From the NCBI GenBank assembly GCA_020346285.1, contig CP070780.1, positions 1,113,021-1,177,020 of the forward strand: a stretch of 64,000 bases of DNA, in the 5' to 3' direction. The position numbers and the translations under genes are program-made. The notes beneath the pieces are model-generated. The model saw only the letters and a list, made by a program, of their open reading frames with translations, did not search any database and had not been told where the DNA came from. Source of the stretch: Candidatus Omnitrophota bacterium. GTDB lineage: Bacteria > Omnitrophota > Gorgyraeia > JABMRN01 > RBG-13-46-9. Below are positions 19,277 to 28,214 of this stretch, in pieces; the stretch's first letter is position 1; each line of letters begins with the position of its first letter.

Positions 19277-19363
19277 AGGGTAAGGCATGAGTTTGATATA
19301 AGAATGTTTGCGGATACCTCAAAATATATAACAGGCCACAATCTTGTTGTAGATGGTGGTTGA
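19277..19363 (+). pseudogene. relic of the C-terminus of a short-chain dehydrogenase (SDR) gene
   Basis: The intergenic frame reads ...MFADTSKYITGHNLVVDGG* and ends at TGA 19361-19363. This is the canonical SDR C-terminal motif (YITGq.l.VDGG), with no upstream body. Confidence 0.5.
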
Positions 19364-21150
19364 TGCAGTATATGAATCTGACTAAAAATAAAATGATTAT
19401 AGCAGTTACAAACTTAAATCTATTTGCAGCTATTAAATTGCTGACTAAAAATAGCGGTTATACCGTTTTGTATTACGAAAGATGTATCCCCGATTTTTTA
19501 TATCATCTATTAGAAAAAAGGCATCACATCAGAGAGTGCAGCAAAAGAAATAACCCCGAATATCTGAAAAATGTAGAAAATGAAAAAGAAACATTTCACC
19601 TGTCATCTAATATAGCAGGCCATGATGACTTGGCAAGTTTCATGGAAGAGATAAGCGATATCTTTTGTATTAAAAAATCACATATTAAATCCACCATGAT
19701 TAAACATTTTGTCAAATTGATAAGAGACGATATAACCCTGATGGGACTGGTAAAAAATAAATATAAGGCTAATGAAAAGGCTGAATATTGGGTGAAAAAT
19801 TACGACATTTTTACCCGACTCTCTAATTTAAACGATAATTTTATTAAAGTAAGTCAACTAAGATTATTTGATATAGCGTATGCGTGTTACATATCTATTT
19901 GGCCTATCCACATTTTCCTGTTTTTTGTTAACGGTATATTTAAAAAACGTAAGAAGCAAAATATAAAAATCGTATTCCAGCAATCATACAAGAAACGTTT
20001 CGGGCATAATCCGGAATTCGAGGCTTTTTTTAGATATTTTAAGACAAGAAACGATGTGGCTTACCATTGTTTTAAAAAGAGCGATGGAATATATCAGGCC
20101 GTGGAATCCTCCGGCAAGCCGGCTTTTACTACTCGAGATTTAAGATTGCCATTATCGGAAGGTTTATTATTAGGTTCTCTTTTATTTAGATTAGTTTTAC
20201 TTTTCCCTAAATATAATCCCCCCCAGAAGACAACGTTTTGGAGGATACTCCTTTGTATTTTCAGGGAGTATGCAGTAACAAAAAGTATATTACTGGAATT
20301 TTCACCCAAATATTTCATTCGCATACGCCAGGAGCTACACGAAAACCACCCCGTAACAACAGGGGTATGCGAACTTCTCGAATGCAGCCACATTGGTTAT
20401 GAACATGGTCCGCCTGTTTATTTTGTCGCAGATTATGCATTAACGGATTTTCATTATTTAGGTGTAATGGGTAAATCATCTATGACTGACATTTATGAAA
20501 ATTGCAAATCGGATATCAAGTGGTCCGTCCTTGGCCCGATAACCGCAGATATATGTTATGACATGCCTGTCCCGAGACGCGACTTTAAAACCATTACTTT
20601 AATAGCAGATTATTATCTTTTGCCCTGGGGAATTTTTCCTTATGAAAGTTATTTCAACGAAGTATTTTTCCCGCTTATAGATTTTATGAAAAATATAAAG
20701 AACGTGAAATTAGTATATAGAATCAAAGCCGTTAAAAAAGAGGGCAAAGCGGCATATGTAAAAAATTTATGCAAACGGCATAATATAAAGTGTGATATTG
20801 AATATTCAGCATCCGGGAAGGATATCTCCGGTTTTTCCTCATATACACTAAGAAAATCTGATTTGGTTGTTGTTCGCGGTACTTCTACAATTGCCTTTGA
20901 GTCTCTTTCACTTGGGAAAAAAGTCATTGTTTTCTGTAACAATCTAATGAAACACCCGCTGGAATCCTTTGCTCCGAAGTTAGCTGTAAGAAGCGGTGAG
21001 GAATTCAACAAAACAATATCCTGGTTATGGGGTGTACCATATCCTGAATATATCAAAAGTATAGAACATATCATCAGGCAGACTTGCAAGAAAGCAAACG
21101 GGAAAATGGTTAAGGAATTTTTTGAGGATTTTGTAGGAATAGATAAATGA
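19363..21150 (+). CDS. large hypothetical protein, TagF-like C-terminal domain (putative surface-carbohydrate transferase); start uncertain
   Basis: About 590 aa. The C-terminal SDLVVVRGTSTIAFESLSLGKKVIVF...HP has the same pattern as the ORFs at 13291 and 51158. Several candidate starts exist (TTG 19360, ATG 19363, 19372, 19393). Confidence 0.35.
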   Translation: MQYMNLTKNKMIIAVTNLNLFAAIKLLTKNSGYTVLYYERCIPDFLYHLLEKRHHIRECSKRNNPEYLKNVENEKETFHLSSNIAGHDDLASFMEEISDIFCIKKSHIKSTMIKHFVKLIRDDITLMGLVKNKYKANEKAEYWVKNYDIFTRLSNLNDNFIKVSQLRLFDIAYACYISIWPIHIFLFFVNGIFKKRKKQNIKIVFQQSYKKRFGHNPEFEAFFRYFKTRNDVAYHCFKKSDGIYQAVESSGKPAFTTRDLRLPLSEGLLLGSLLFRLVLLFPKYNPPQKTTFWRILLCIFREYAVTKSILLEFSPKYFIRIRQELHENHPVTTGVCELLECSHIGYEHGPPVYFVADYALTDFHYLGVMGKSSMTDIYENCKSDIKWSVLGPITADICYDMPVPRRDFKTITLIADYYLLPWGIFPYESYFNEVFFPLIDFMKNIKNVKLVYRIKAVKKEGKAAYVKNLCKRHNIKCDIEYSASGKDISGFSSYTLRKSDLVVVRGTSTIAFESLSLGKKVIVFCNNLMKHPLESFAPKLAVRSGEEFNKTISWLWGVPYPEYIKSIEHIIRQTCKKANGKMVKEFFEDFVGIDK

Positions 21151-21160
21151 GGAAATAAGG

Positions 21161-22549
21161 ATGAGAGTTTTGCTGGTTGCGTATGACAACGCTTCCTATA
21201 CACATTGGTTTCCGCAAGGGTTGGCATATATTGCTGCGGTTCTCCTAAAGGAAGGGCACGATGTAAGAATTTATAATCAGGATAAATTTCATTACCCGGA
21301 CAGCCACCTTACGGCGTATTTGGACAAAAACAGATTTGACATTGTTGGCGTAAGCGTAATAGCGGGGTATTATCAATATAGAAAATTACTGAAAATTTCT
21401 GATGCAATAAATCAATCTAAAAATCGTCCGTTTTATATCCTAGGAGGCCATGGCCCTTCGCCCGAACCCGATTTTTTTATTAAAAGAAGCCTGGCCGATG
21501 CGGTTATTATGGGCGAAGGCGAAAATACGATCATTGATTTAATAGAAACCATAGGTGCAAAAAGGCGGCTTGCGGATGTTAAGGGAATAGCATTTCGCGA
21601 TGGAGAAAAAGTGATTATTAATGAAAAACAACCCCTGATCGAGAATATAGATAGCATACCACCTCCCGCTTATGATTTGTTCCCGATGCATTATTATGGG
21701 CTAAGAAGAGCGCCTCACGCTACAAAATTTGATTTTGTAATTGATGTTATATCAGGCAGAGGCTGCAAGTTTAAATGTACTTTTTGCTATCGCATGGACG
21801 AGGGCTTTAGACCGCGAAGTTCTGAAGCCATTATAGATGAAATTAAATTTCTGAAAGATAAATATGGCATTACCTATGTCACTTTTGCCGATGAGTTATT
21901 GATGTCGTCGGTTGAAAGGACAGAGGCCTTGTGCAAAAGTTTTATCAAAGCCGGATTAAATATTAAATGGAGTTGCAACGGGAGGCTAAATTATGCCAAA
22001 TCAGACGTTTTAAAACTTATGAAACAAGCAGGGTGCATGTTTATTAATTATGGCGTTGAGGCAATGGATGACCAGGTTCTTAAGAATATGAAGAAAGCAT
22101 TAACCGTCAAACAGATTATTGAAGGCGTTGAAGCTACATTAAAGGTGGGGGTAAGCCCCGGTTTAAACATTATTTTTGGAAATATCGGCGATAATAAGGA
22201 AACCTTGAATAAGGGGGTTGAATTTTTATTAAAATATGACGACGGGGCACAACTACGCACTATTCGACCGGTAACTCCATATCCCGGTTGCCCACTTTAT
22301 TATTCTGCTATAGAAAAGGGGCTTCTTAAGGATTGTGAAGATTTTTATGAGAACAAACACACAAATTCGGATTTAGTAGCTGTTAATTTTACAAACTTGG
22401 ACGACGAGGAGTTTCATAAGTGTCTATTAAAGGCTAATACCAAATTAATCGAGAATTATTTCAGAAAAAAATCAAGAGTTATTATTAAACAGGCTAAAAA
22501 ACTTTATCTTGAAAAAGATACTTCTTTTCGAGGTTTTCGTCAGCTCTAA
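21161..22549 (+). CDS. B12-binding (class B) radical SAM protein
   Basis: The N-terminal domain has FYILGGHGPSPEP (GG.H). The radical SAM motif is SGRGCKFKCTFCY. Confidence 0.8.
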   Translation: MRVLLVAYDNASYTHWFPQGLAYIAAVLLKEGHDVRIYNQDKFHYPDSHLTAYLDKNRFDIVGVSVIAGYYQYRKLLKISDAINQSKNRPFYILGGHGPSPEPDFFIKRSLADAVIMGEGENTIIDLIETIGAKRRLADVKGIAFRDGEKVIINEKQPLIENIDSIPPPAYDLFPMHYYGLRRAPHATKFDFVIDVISGRGCKFKCTFCYRMDEGFRPRSSEAIIDEIKFLKDKYGITYVTFADELLMSSVERTEALCKSFIKAGLNIKWSCNGRLNYAKSDVLKLMKQAGCMFINYGVEAMDDQVLKNMKKALTVKQIIEGVEATLKVGVSPGLNIIFGNIGDNKETLNKGVEFLLKYDDGAQLRTIRPVTPYPGCPLYYSAIEKGLLKDCEDFYENKHTNSDLVAVNFTNLDDEEFHKCLLKANTKLIENYFRKKSRVIIKQAKKLYLEKDTSFRGFRQL

Positions 22550-22590
22550 AAAGCAGAGATTTTTAATTGAAAAATTGGAGGGAAAAGTAT

Positions 22591-23562
22591 ATGGAACTCA
22601 AAGAAGCTGTTAAAAACAGAGTTGCTTTAGGTAAAAGGCCAAGATTGATTGAAAATGTATTGCTAATTGAGGGAATTGCCAGGGCAGGGAAATTTCTGCT
22701 TGCGAATTGCCTCTGTGCCATAAATGATGTAGAACATACCTGCTCCAACGGCCTTTTAGACAATATTCCTTTTATGGTAAAATTCAAACTGCTCACGCCA
22801 GAGGCAGCCGAAGCCCTTATTCAGAACATAATAGATAACTCGGGGTACGATATCATGATAGGGAGAAATCTCAATTTTCGATACGATGACAAGAGCTGTA
22901 TTTATAACTCCCCAAGGCTAAAAGAATATCTGGACAGGAGCCTAAACTCTGACCGAGATGTTATTGTAGAACAGATTAAAAATAAAAGGCGTTATTTTAT
23001 GCATATTGTCCACCAGGGTTTTCCGAATATCGAAATATTCCTTCGGATGTATTCTAAGATTAAGGTCATTAGAATTGAAAGACATCCCGTTGATTTAGTT
23101 TATTCATGGTTTCAGAGGGGGTTTGGCCGGCGATTGGGCCGAGATGCCCGATTATTTATTATACCGATCCAAGGAATAAAAGGGCCTATACCGTGGTTTG
23201 CACATGAATGGGCCGAGGATTATGAAAATTCATCCGAGATGGATAGAGTAATCAGATTCCTTTACTATATAAATGAAAAAAGCAAGGAAGCATATGTTAA
23301 TCTAAACATGGAAGATAAAAAAAAGATACATACCGTGTCGTACGAGCGCTTACTTACAGAGACAGACGAAGAAATGAAAAAAATAAGCATTTTTCTGGAT
23401 AAAAAAATATTGCCAGGGATCGAGCTAGTCAAGGCGCGCGAAAGAATCCCGGCACCTAATCCTGCATTGGTAAGGAATAAAAAAATGAATTTTATTAAAA
23501 AACAGACTACACCGAAAATCTTTTCCGCACTTATGGCGATGGAAAATGGATACGAGAAATAG
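22591..23562 (+). CDS. sulfotransferase-family protein (P-loop, PAPS-dependent type)
   Basis: IEGIARAGKFLL resembles the 5'-PSB P-loop (PK.G(T/S)T.L). IRIERHPVDLVYSW resembles the 3'-PB motif (R(D/N)P.D...S.Y). I prefer the ATG at 22591 (GGAGGG RBS). Confidence 0.55.
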   Translation: MELKEAVKNRVALGKRPRLIENVLLIEGIARAGKFLLANCLCAINDVEHTCSNGLLDNIPFMVKFKLLTPEAAEALIQNIIDNSGYDIMIGRNLNFRYDDKSCIYNSPRLKEYLDRSLNSDRDVIVEQIKNKRRYFMHIVHQGFPNIEIFLRMYSKIKVIRIERHPVDLVYSWFQRGFGRRLGRDARLFIIPIQGIKGPIPWFAHEWAEDYENSSEMDRVIRFLYYINEKSKEAYVNLNMEDKKKIHTVSYERLLTETDEEMKKISIFLDKKILPGIELVKARERIPAPNPALVRNKKMNFIKKQTTPKIFSALMAMENGYEK

Positions 23563-25762
23563 AAAAAAAATAAAGATAATCACGACACTAGGACCATCGA
23601 CGAACACCGAGAAGGATTTAAGAAACATAAAGGACAAAGGCGTTGATTTTGTACGAATCAATATGTCCCACTCCAATCTCAACGATTTAAAATATTTCAT
23701 AGATATTTCAAAGAAGATAGACATACCTTTTATCCTGGATACAGAGGGCTCGCAAATAAGGGCAGTTCAACTTGGCAGGGAAAAAATCGAATTTAAGGAA
23801 GGGGATATAATAAAAATTTATAATCGAACCATAGCAGAAAACAGGGAAAAGATATGCCTACAGCCGGGGTCTATTGTAGGGCAGTTGAAGAAAGGAGATC
23901 TGATATTCGTTGATTTTAATACGTTGGTCCTTAGGGTATCAGATATTTCTATGATTACCGACGGCTATATTTCCGCGATAGTTGTTACCAACGGAATGCT
24001 CGGAAACAACAAATCTGCTGTTATTGTTTCGGGAGAACAAAAACACTTTGGATTGCCCGTTTTAACCGAAAAAGACAGAAAATCTATTCAATTGGCTTTG
24101 AAAGAAGGGATAGGGCATATTGCCGTTTCTTTTGTAAGAAGGGGGAGGGACCTTGATGAGGTAAGAAAAACGACAAATAACACAATGCGTATCATCGCAA
24201 AAATAGAATCAAAAGAATCTTTGGAAAATATAGATGAAATAATTGAAAAAACAGACGCACTTTTGATTGACAGAGGAGATCTTGGTAAAGAGATTCCGAT
24301 TGAAAGAATACCCTTTATCCAGAAGGCTGTATTAAAAAAAGCGCACGAAAGACAAAAGCCGGTATTTATCGCAACAAACCTTCTCGAATCTATGGTTGAG
24401 AAGAAAAAGCCTACAAGGGCGGAAGTCAATGATGTTATAAATACCATTTTGGACGGGGCAGATGGCTTGGTTTTATCAGCCGAAACCGCTATCGGAAAAC
24501 ACCCCATGGGATGCATCAATATACTGAACAGGCTTATTAAATATTCAGATTCCGCAAGAAATCTTAACTATGTTAGTCGTTTTTCCGATTTTAGCACTGT
24601 TTCATTAATAAAACCGCATGGAGGCAGATTAATCGAAAGATTCGCCGATAAATTACCCGGCGATTCAGATAAATTGGTAAAAATAAAACTATCCGAAGAA
24701 CAGCAAATGGATGTTGAGCAGATTGCTGTCGGGGCATTTAGCCCTTTGGAAGGCTTTATGTGCAGAAATGATTTTCAGGGTGTCCTCGACAATATGCGGC
24801 TTGTAAGCGGGGTTGTATGGCCGATTCCAATCGTGCTTGATATTTCAAAAGAAGAGGCGAAAAAGATTTCTATCGATAATGAGGTAGCCTTAATCGGTGA
24901 TAAAGACGAAATTATGGCCATCCTTCATGTAAGGGATAAATACGATTTTGACAAAAAAGAGATAATAAATAAGTTATACTGCACGGACGACAAGAGGCAT
25001 CCCGGTGTAAAAATGGCAATGAAAATGAAGCCGATCTTAGTGGGCGGCGAAATTGATTTGGTAAAGAGAAGAGAGTCCGAATACAAGGAATATGAGCTTA
25101 CCCCAAGGCAGGTGCGAAAACTGTTCGAAGATCGAAATTGGATGAAGATTGCCGGTTTTCATACAAGAAACGCAATACACAGGGTGCATGAATTTATACA
25201 ATTAAAGGCGTTGGAAAAAGCGCATTGCGATGGGCTATTTATTCACCCTGTTATTGGAAAAAAGAAACAAGGCGATTTTAATATCAAATACATAATAGAG
25301 GCTTATAAAAAAATGATGAAAGATTTTTATCCAAAAGATAGCGTTGTCTTCGCAACATTTTCCACCTTTTCGCGATACGCGGGGCCTAGAGAAGCTATAT
25401 TTACTGCCTTATGCAGAAAGAATTTTGGATGCAGCCATTTTATTGTAGGAAGGGACCATACGGGTGTCGCGAATTATTATCACCCAAAGGCATCCCAACA
25501 GATTTTTGACAGATTTCCCGATTTGGAAATAAAACCCATAAAATTTGATAAAGTGTTTTATTCGAATAAACTTAACAAATATATTCATGGAAGTGACATT
25601 TGTAAAGAGGGGGATTTAGGAGAAGTGCATATAAACGCGACACAGGCAAGAAAGATGTTACAGGCCCTTGAAATGCCACCGGATTGGTTTATGAGGCCCG
25701 AAATAGCTTTAATAATTTTAAACGGACTAAAGAACAAGGAGGAAGTGTTTGTCAAAGAGTAA
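23546..25762 (+). CDS. fusion protein: pyruvate-kinase-like N-terminal domain + full ATP sulfurylase (sulfate adenylyltransferase)
   Basis: The first approximately 330 aa match pyruvate kinase blocks (IKIITTLGPST..E.L....KGVDFVRINMSHS; IAKIESKESLENIDEI...DALLIDRGDLG.EIP.ERIP..QK....K......PVFIATNLLESMV..KKPTRAEVNDV.N.ILDGADGLVLSAETA.GKHP). The remaining approximately 400 aa match ATP sulfurylase: the PUA-like segment HGGRLIER...LSEEQ..DVEQIAVGAFSPLEGFM, the HxxH motif GFHTRNAIHRVHE, and VGRDHTGV (GRDHAG). Confidence 0.8.
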   Translation: MDTRNRKKIKIITTLGPSTNTEKDLRNIKDKGVDFVRINMSHSNLNDLKYFIDISKKIDIPFILDTEGSQIRAVQLGREKIEFKEGDIIKIYNRTIAENREKICLQPGSIVGQLKKGDLIFVDFNTLVLRVSDISMITDGYISAIVVTNGMLGNNKSAVIVSGEQKHFGLPVLTEKDRKSIQLALKEGIGHIAVSFVRRGRDLDEVRKTTNNTMRIIAKIESKESLENIDEIIEKTDALLIDRGDLGKEIPIERIPFIQKAVLKKAHERQKPVFIATNLLESMVEKKKPTRAEVNDVINTILDGADGLVLSAETAIGKHPMGCINILNRLIKYSDSARNLNYVSRFSDFSTVSLIKPHGGRLIERFADKLPGDSDKLVKIKLSEEQQMDVEQIAVGAFSPLEGFMCRNDFQGVLDNMRLVSGVVWPIPIVLDISKEEAKKISIDNEVALIGDKDEIMAILHVRDKYDFDKKEIINKLYCTDDKRHPGVKMAMKMKPILVGGEIDLVKRRESEYKEYELTPRQVRKLFEDRNWMKIAGFHTRNAIHRVHEFIQLKALEKAHCDGLFIHPVIGKKKQGDFNIKYIIEAYKKMMKDFYPKDSVVFATFSTFSRYAGPREAIFTALCRKNFGCSHFIVGRDHTGVANYYHPKASQQIFDRFPDLEIKPIKFDKVFYSNKLNKYIHGSDICKEGDLGEVHINATQARKMLQALEMPPDWFMRPEIALIILNGLKNKEEVFVKE

Positions 25763-25779
25763 TAAAAAAATCGAGGGAC

Positions 25780-27519
25780 ATGAAGCTTTCTGATTATATA
25801 ACAAGATTTTTAGCAAAGCATACCAGACATGCATTTGTAGGAACCGGCGGTTGCATCGTTCATGTTCTTGATAGCCTGAATAAGAGTCCGCACATTCACT
25901 TGGTACCTTGCGAAAATGAACAGGGGGCTGCTATCGCGGCAGAGGCCTACTATAGAGTAAAGGGGAAGATAGGCGTTGCGATAGCAACAAGCGGGCCTGG
26001 AATGATTAATTTGATCCAAGGCATCGCATGCGCTTATTTTGATTCTACCCCGTCTTTATATATTTCAGGCGCACCTCCGACCTATCATTTAAAGGGTAAA
26101 CATAAAGTAAGGCAGATGGGTTTTCAAGAAATGGATGTTATAAAAATTGTTAAACCACTAACCAAATATGCTGTATTACTTACGAATCCTAAACGGATCA
26201 GATATGAATTGGAAAAATTAATTTATTCAGCCTTTGAAGGAAGGCCCGGGCCGGTATTATTAGATTTACCTGACGATATTCAGAGGGCGCATATTAATCC
26301 TCAAAAGTTAAAATCTTTTATTCCCAAAAGAAAAACTCCTACATTGAATAAAACGGCAATAAATAAAACAATGGGCCTTATCAAAAAAGCTGCCAGGCCC
26401 GTAATTATTGTCGGCGGCGGAGTAAAGACAAGAGACGTAAGAAAGGAATTAAAAACATTTTTAAACAAAAGCCGGATACCCTTCGCCACGACTTGGGCAA
26501 CCATAGATATGTTTTTGGATAATGAGCCTAATCTTATCGGCAATTTCGGCATATCTGCAAACAGGGCCGGAAATTTTGCCATCCAGAATTGCGATTTGCT
26601 TATTAGCCTGGGTTCTAGGCTGGATACGCATGGAGCAGGAAGCGATGTGGCCCGATTTGCGCCAAAAGCCAAAAAAATAGTTGTTGACATTGACAGAGCA
26701 GAATTAGATAAACATACTAGAATGAAAACAGATTTGAAAATTCATTGCGATTTAAAGACATTTTTAAAAGGCCTCATTAACTCTTCCGAGATAGAAACGA
26801 GGGACCTAAATCAATGGAAAAGAAAAATACAAGAATGGAAAGATAGGTACCCCATATACCTTGAGAAATATTATAAGCAGAAAAACAAAGTTAATCCTTA
26901 TGTTTTTATGAATGAACTGTCTAAGGAAACAAAAGAGGGGGATATCGTTGTTACAGAGACAGGAGCGACTTTGACCTGGACTATGCAGGCTTATAAAATA
27001 AGAACCCGGCAAGCTTTGTTCAGTGCATTCAACCATGCTTCGATGGGATATGCATTGCCCGCTGCTATCGGCGCTCAATATGCCGCGCCCGAAAACCGGG
27101 TAATATGCATCACAGGGGACGGCGGCATACAGATGAATATTCAGGAACTGGAGACAATCGCTTATAATAAGTTACCCATAAAGATTTTCTTAATTAATAA
27201 CAGGGGTTACGGAATGATCAAGCAGACCCAGGATACCTGGCTCGATTCCGTGTATGTGGCCTCGGACCCAAGTTGCGGGTTAGGCTTTCCGGATTTTCAA
27301 AAGGTCGCGAAGGCCTATAAAATAAAAACACTGCAAATCGCAAATCACGGTGAATTAAAAAAGATGATAAGGAAGGTTTTGTCCTATAAGGGGCCGGTTC
27401 TTTGCGACGTTAAATTAAGGCCCGGAGAGAAAATAATCCCTAAATTGGAATTCGGAAGGCCTTTAGAAGATATGTCCCCGTTATTACCGAGAAGCGAGCT
27501 AAAGGCAAATAGGCTTTGA
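25780..27519 (+). CDS. thiamine-diphosphate enzyme, acetolactate-synthase large-subunit-like (YerE-like carboligase candidate)
   Basis: The N-terminal Pyr domain reads GAAIAAEAYYRVKGKIGVAIATSGPGMINLIQGIACAYFDSTPSLYISG. There is a central domain and a C-terminal PP domain (ITGDGGIQMNIQELET). No small subunit is present. I prefer the ATG at 25780. Confidence 0.85.
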   Translation: MKLSDYITRFLAKHTRHAFVGTGGCIVHVLDSLNKSPHIHLVPCENEQGAAIAAEAYYRVKGKIGVAIATSGPGMINLIQGIACAYFDSTPSLYISGAPPTYHLKGKHKVRQMGFQEMDVIKIVKPLTKYAVLLTNPKRIRYELEKLIYSAFEGRPGPVLLDLPDDIQRAHINPQKLKSFIPKRKTPTLNKTAINKTMGLIKKAARPVIIVGGGVKTRDVRKELKTFLNKSRIPFATTWATIDMFLDNEPNLIGNFGISANRAGNFAIQNCDLLISLGSRLDTHGAGSDVARFAPKAKKIVVDIDRAELDKHTRMKTDLKIHCDLKTFLKGLINSSEIETRDLNQWKRKIQEWKDRYPIYLEKYYKQKNKVNPYVFMNELSKETKEGDIVVTETGATLTWTMQAYKIRTRQALFSAFNHASMGYALPAAIGAQYAAPENRVICITGDGGIQMNIQELETIAYNKLPIKIFLINNRGYGMIKQTQDTWLDSVYVASDPSCGLGFPDFQKVAKAYKIKTLQIANHGELKKMIRKVLSYKGPVLCDVKLRPGEKIIPKLEFGRPLEDMSPLLPRSELKANRL

Positions 27520-27542
27520 TTGAGTAAAAAATAGGCTTTGAT
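27507..27542 (+). repeat. short tandem duplication (AAATAGGCTTTGAT x2, 22-nt period) spanning the stop codon and next start
   Basis: Copy 1 is at 27507-27520 and contains the ALS-like TGA. Copy 2 is at 27529-27542 and places TGA immediately before the ATG at 27543. Confidence 0.4.
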
Positions 27543-28214
27543 ATGAGTAGAGATTTAATTATAGCGGCTAAATGCGCCCCCCGGGAAGGGCATTTACGGG
27601 ATATTAAAAAAGCAGGATTGCAAGCAGTAGAGCTATATCTCTCGGAAGAGATTATGGAAAATCTGCCTAAGGTCATTGGACTGTGTAAAAAATTTCCATT
27701 TAGATATGCCGTTCACGCCCCTAATGCCGTATATAATCCGCGTAAATTAAGAAAATTGACAGAAGCGATCAATGCCGAAATAGCCGTTTTTCATAATGTT
27801 TATTGGGAGGATGAATGGAAGAGGGTCGCTAAAGCTTTTAAAGGCGTCAAGACTAAACTTTGCGTTGAAAATACATCTTCCACCCATGACTCGGTGAAAT
27901 TTATGAGAAGATATGGGTGGGGTAGGGCCCTGGATTTGGAACACGCGCAAATGGGATCTGCCGGTGTCTATGAAGAAGAGTTTATTACTGTTATGAAAGA
28001 GGCTGCCCATATCCACTTAACCGGTTACACCCATGGTTCGCAATTATGGCACACGCATATCCATCATTCACCGAGGCATAATTCATATTTATTGGATTTA
28101 TTAAGAAAAGCAAGATATTCAGGTTTTGTTGTCTCCGAAGCAAAAAAGTCACTCCAGACTTACGCAGAGTTTAAAAAGTTGAAAGAGTTTTATCAAAAAT
28201 GGAGAAATAAGTGA
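27543..28214 (+). CDS. xylose-isomerase-like TIM-barrel protein (sugar phosphate isomerase/epimerase family)
   Basis: 223 aa. The AVHAPN, ALDLEHAQ and HIHLTGY...HTHIHH segments resemble the metal-binding His/Glu/Asp pattern of the AP_endonuc_2/xylose-isomerase-like fold. This is a moderate-confidence call. Confidence 0.4.
   Translation: MSRDLIIAAKCAPREGHLRDIKKAGLQAVELYLSEEIMENLPKVIGLCKKFPFRYAVHAPNAVYNPRKLRKLTEAINAEIAVFHNVYWEDEWKRVAKAFKGVKTKLCVENTSSTHDSVKFMRRYGWGRALDLEHAQMGSAGVYEEEFITVMKEAAHIHLTGYTHGSQLWHTHIHHSPRHNSYLLDLLRKARYSGFVVSEAKKSLQTYAEFKKLKEFYQKWRNK

Noticed and set aside
23546-24550. The pyruvate kinase domain as the glycolytic housekeeping pyk.
   Set aside because: It is translationally fused to ATP sulfurylase and sits inside a glycan operon. 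The C-terminal allosteric PK domain appears to be replaced by the sulfurylase.
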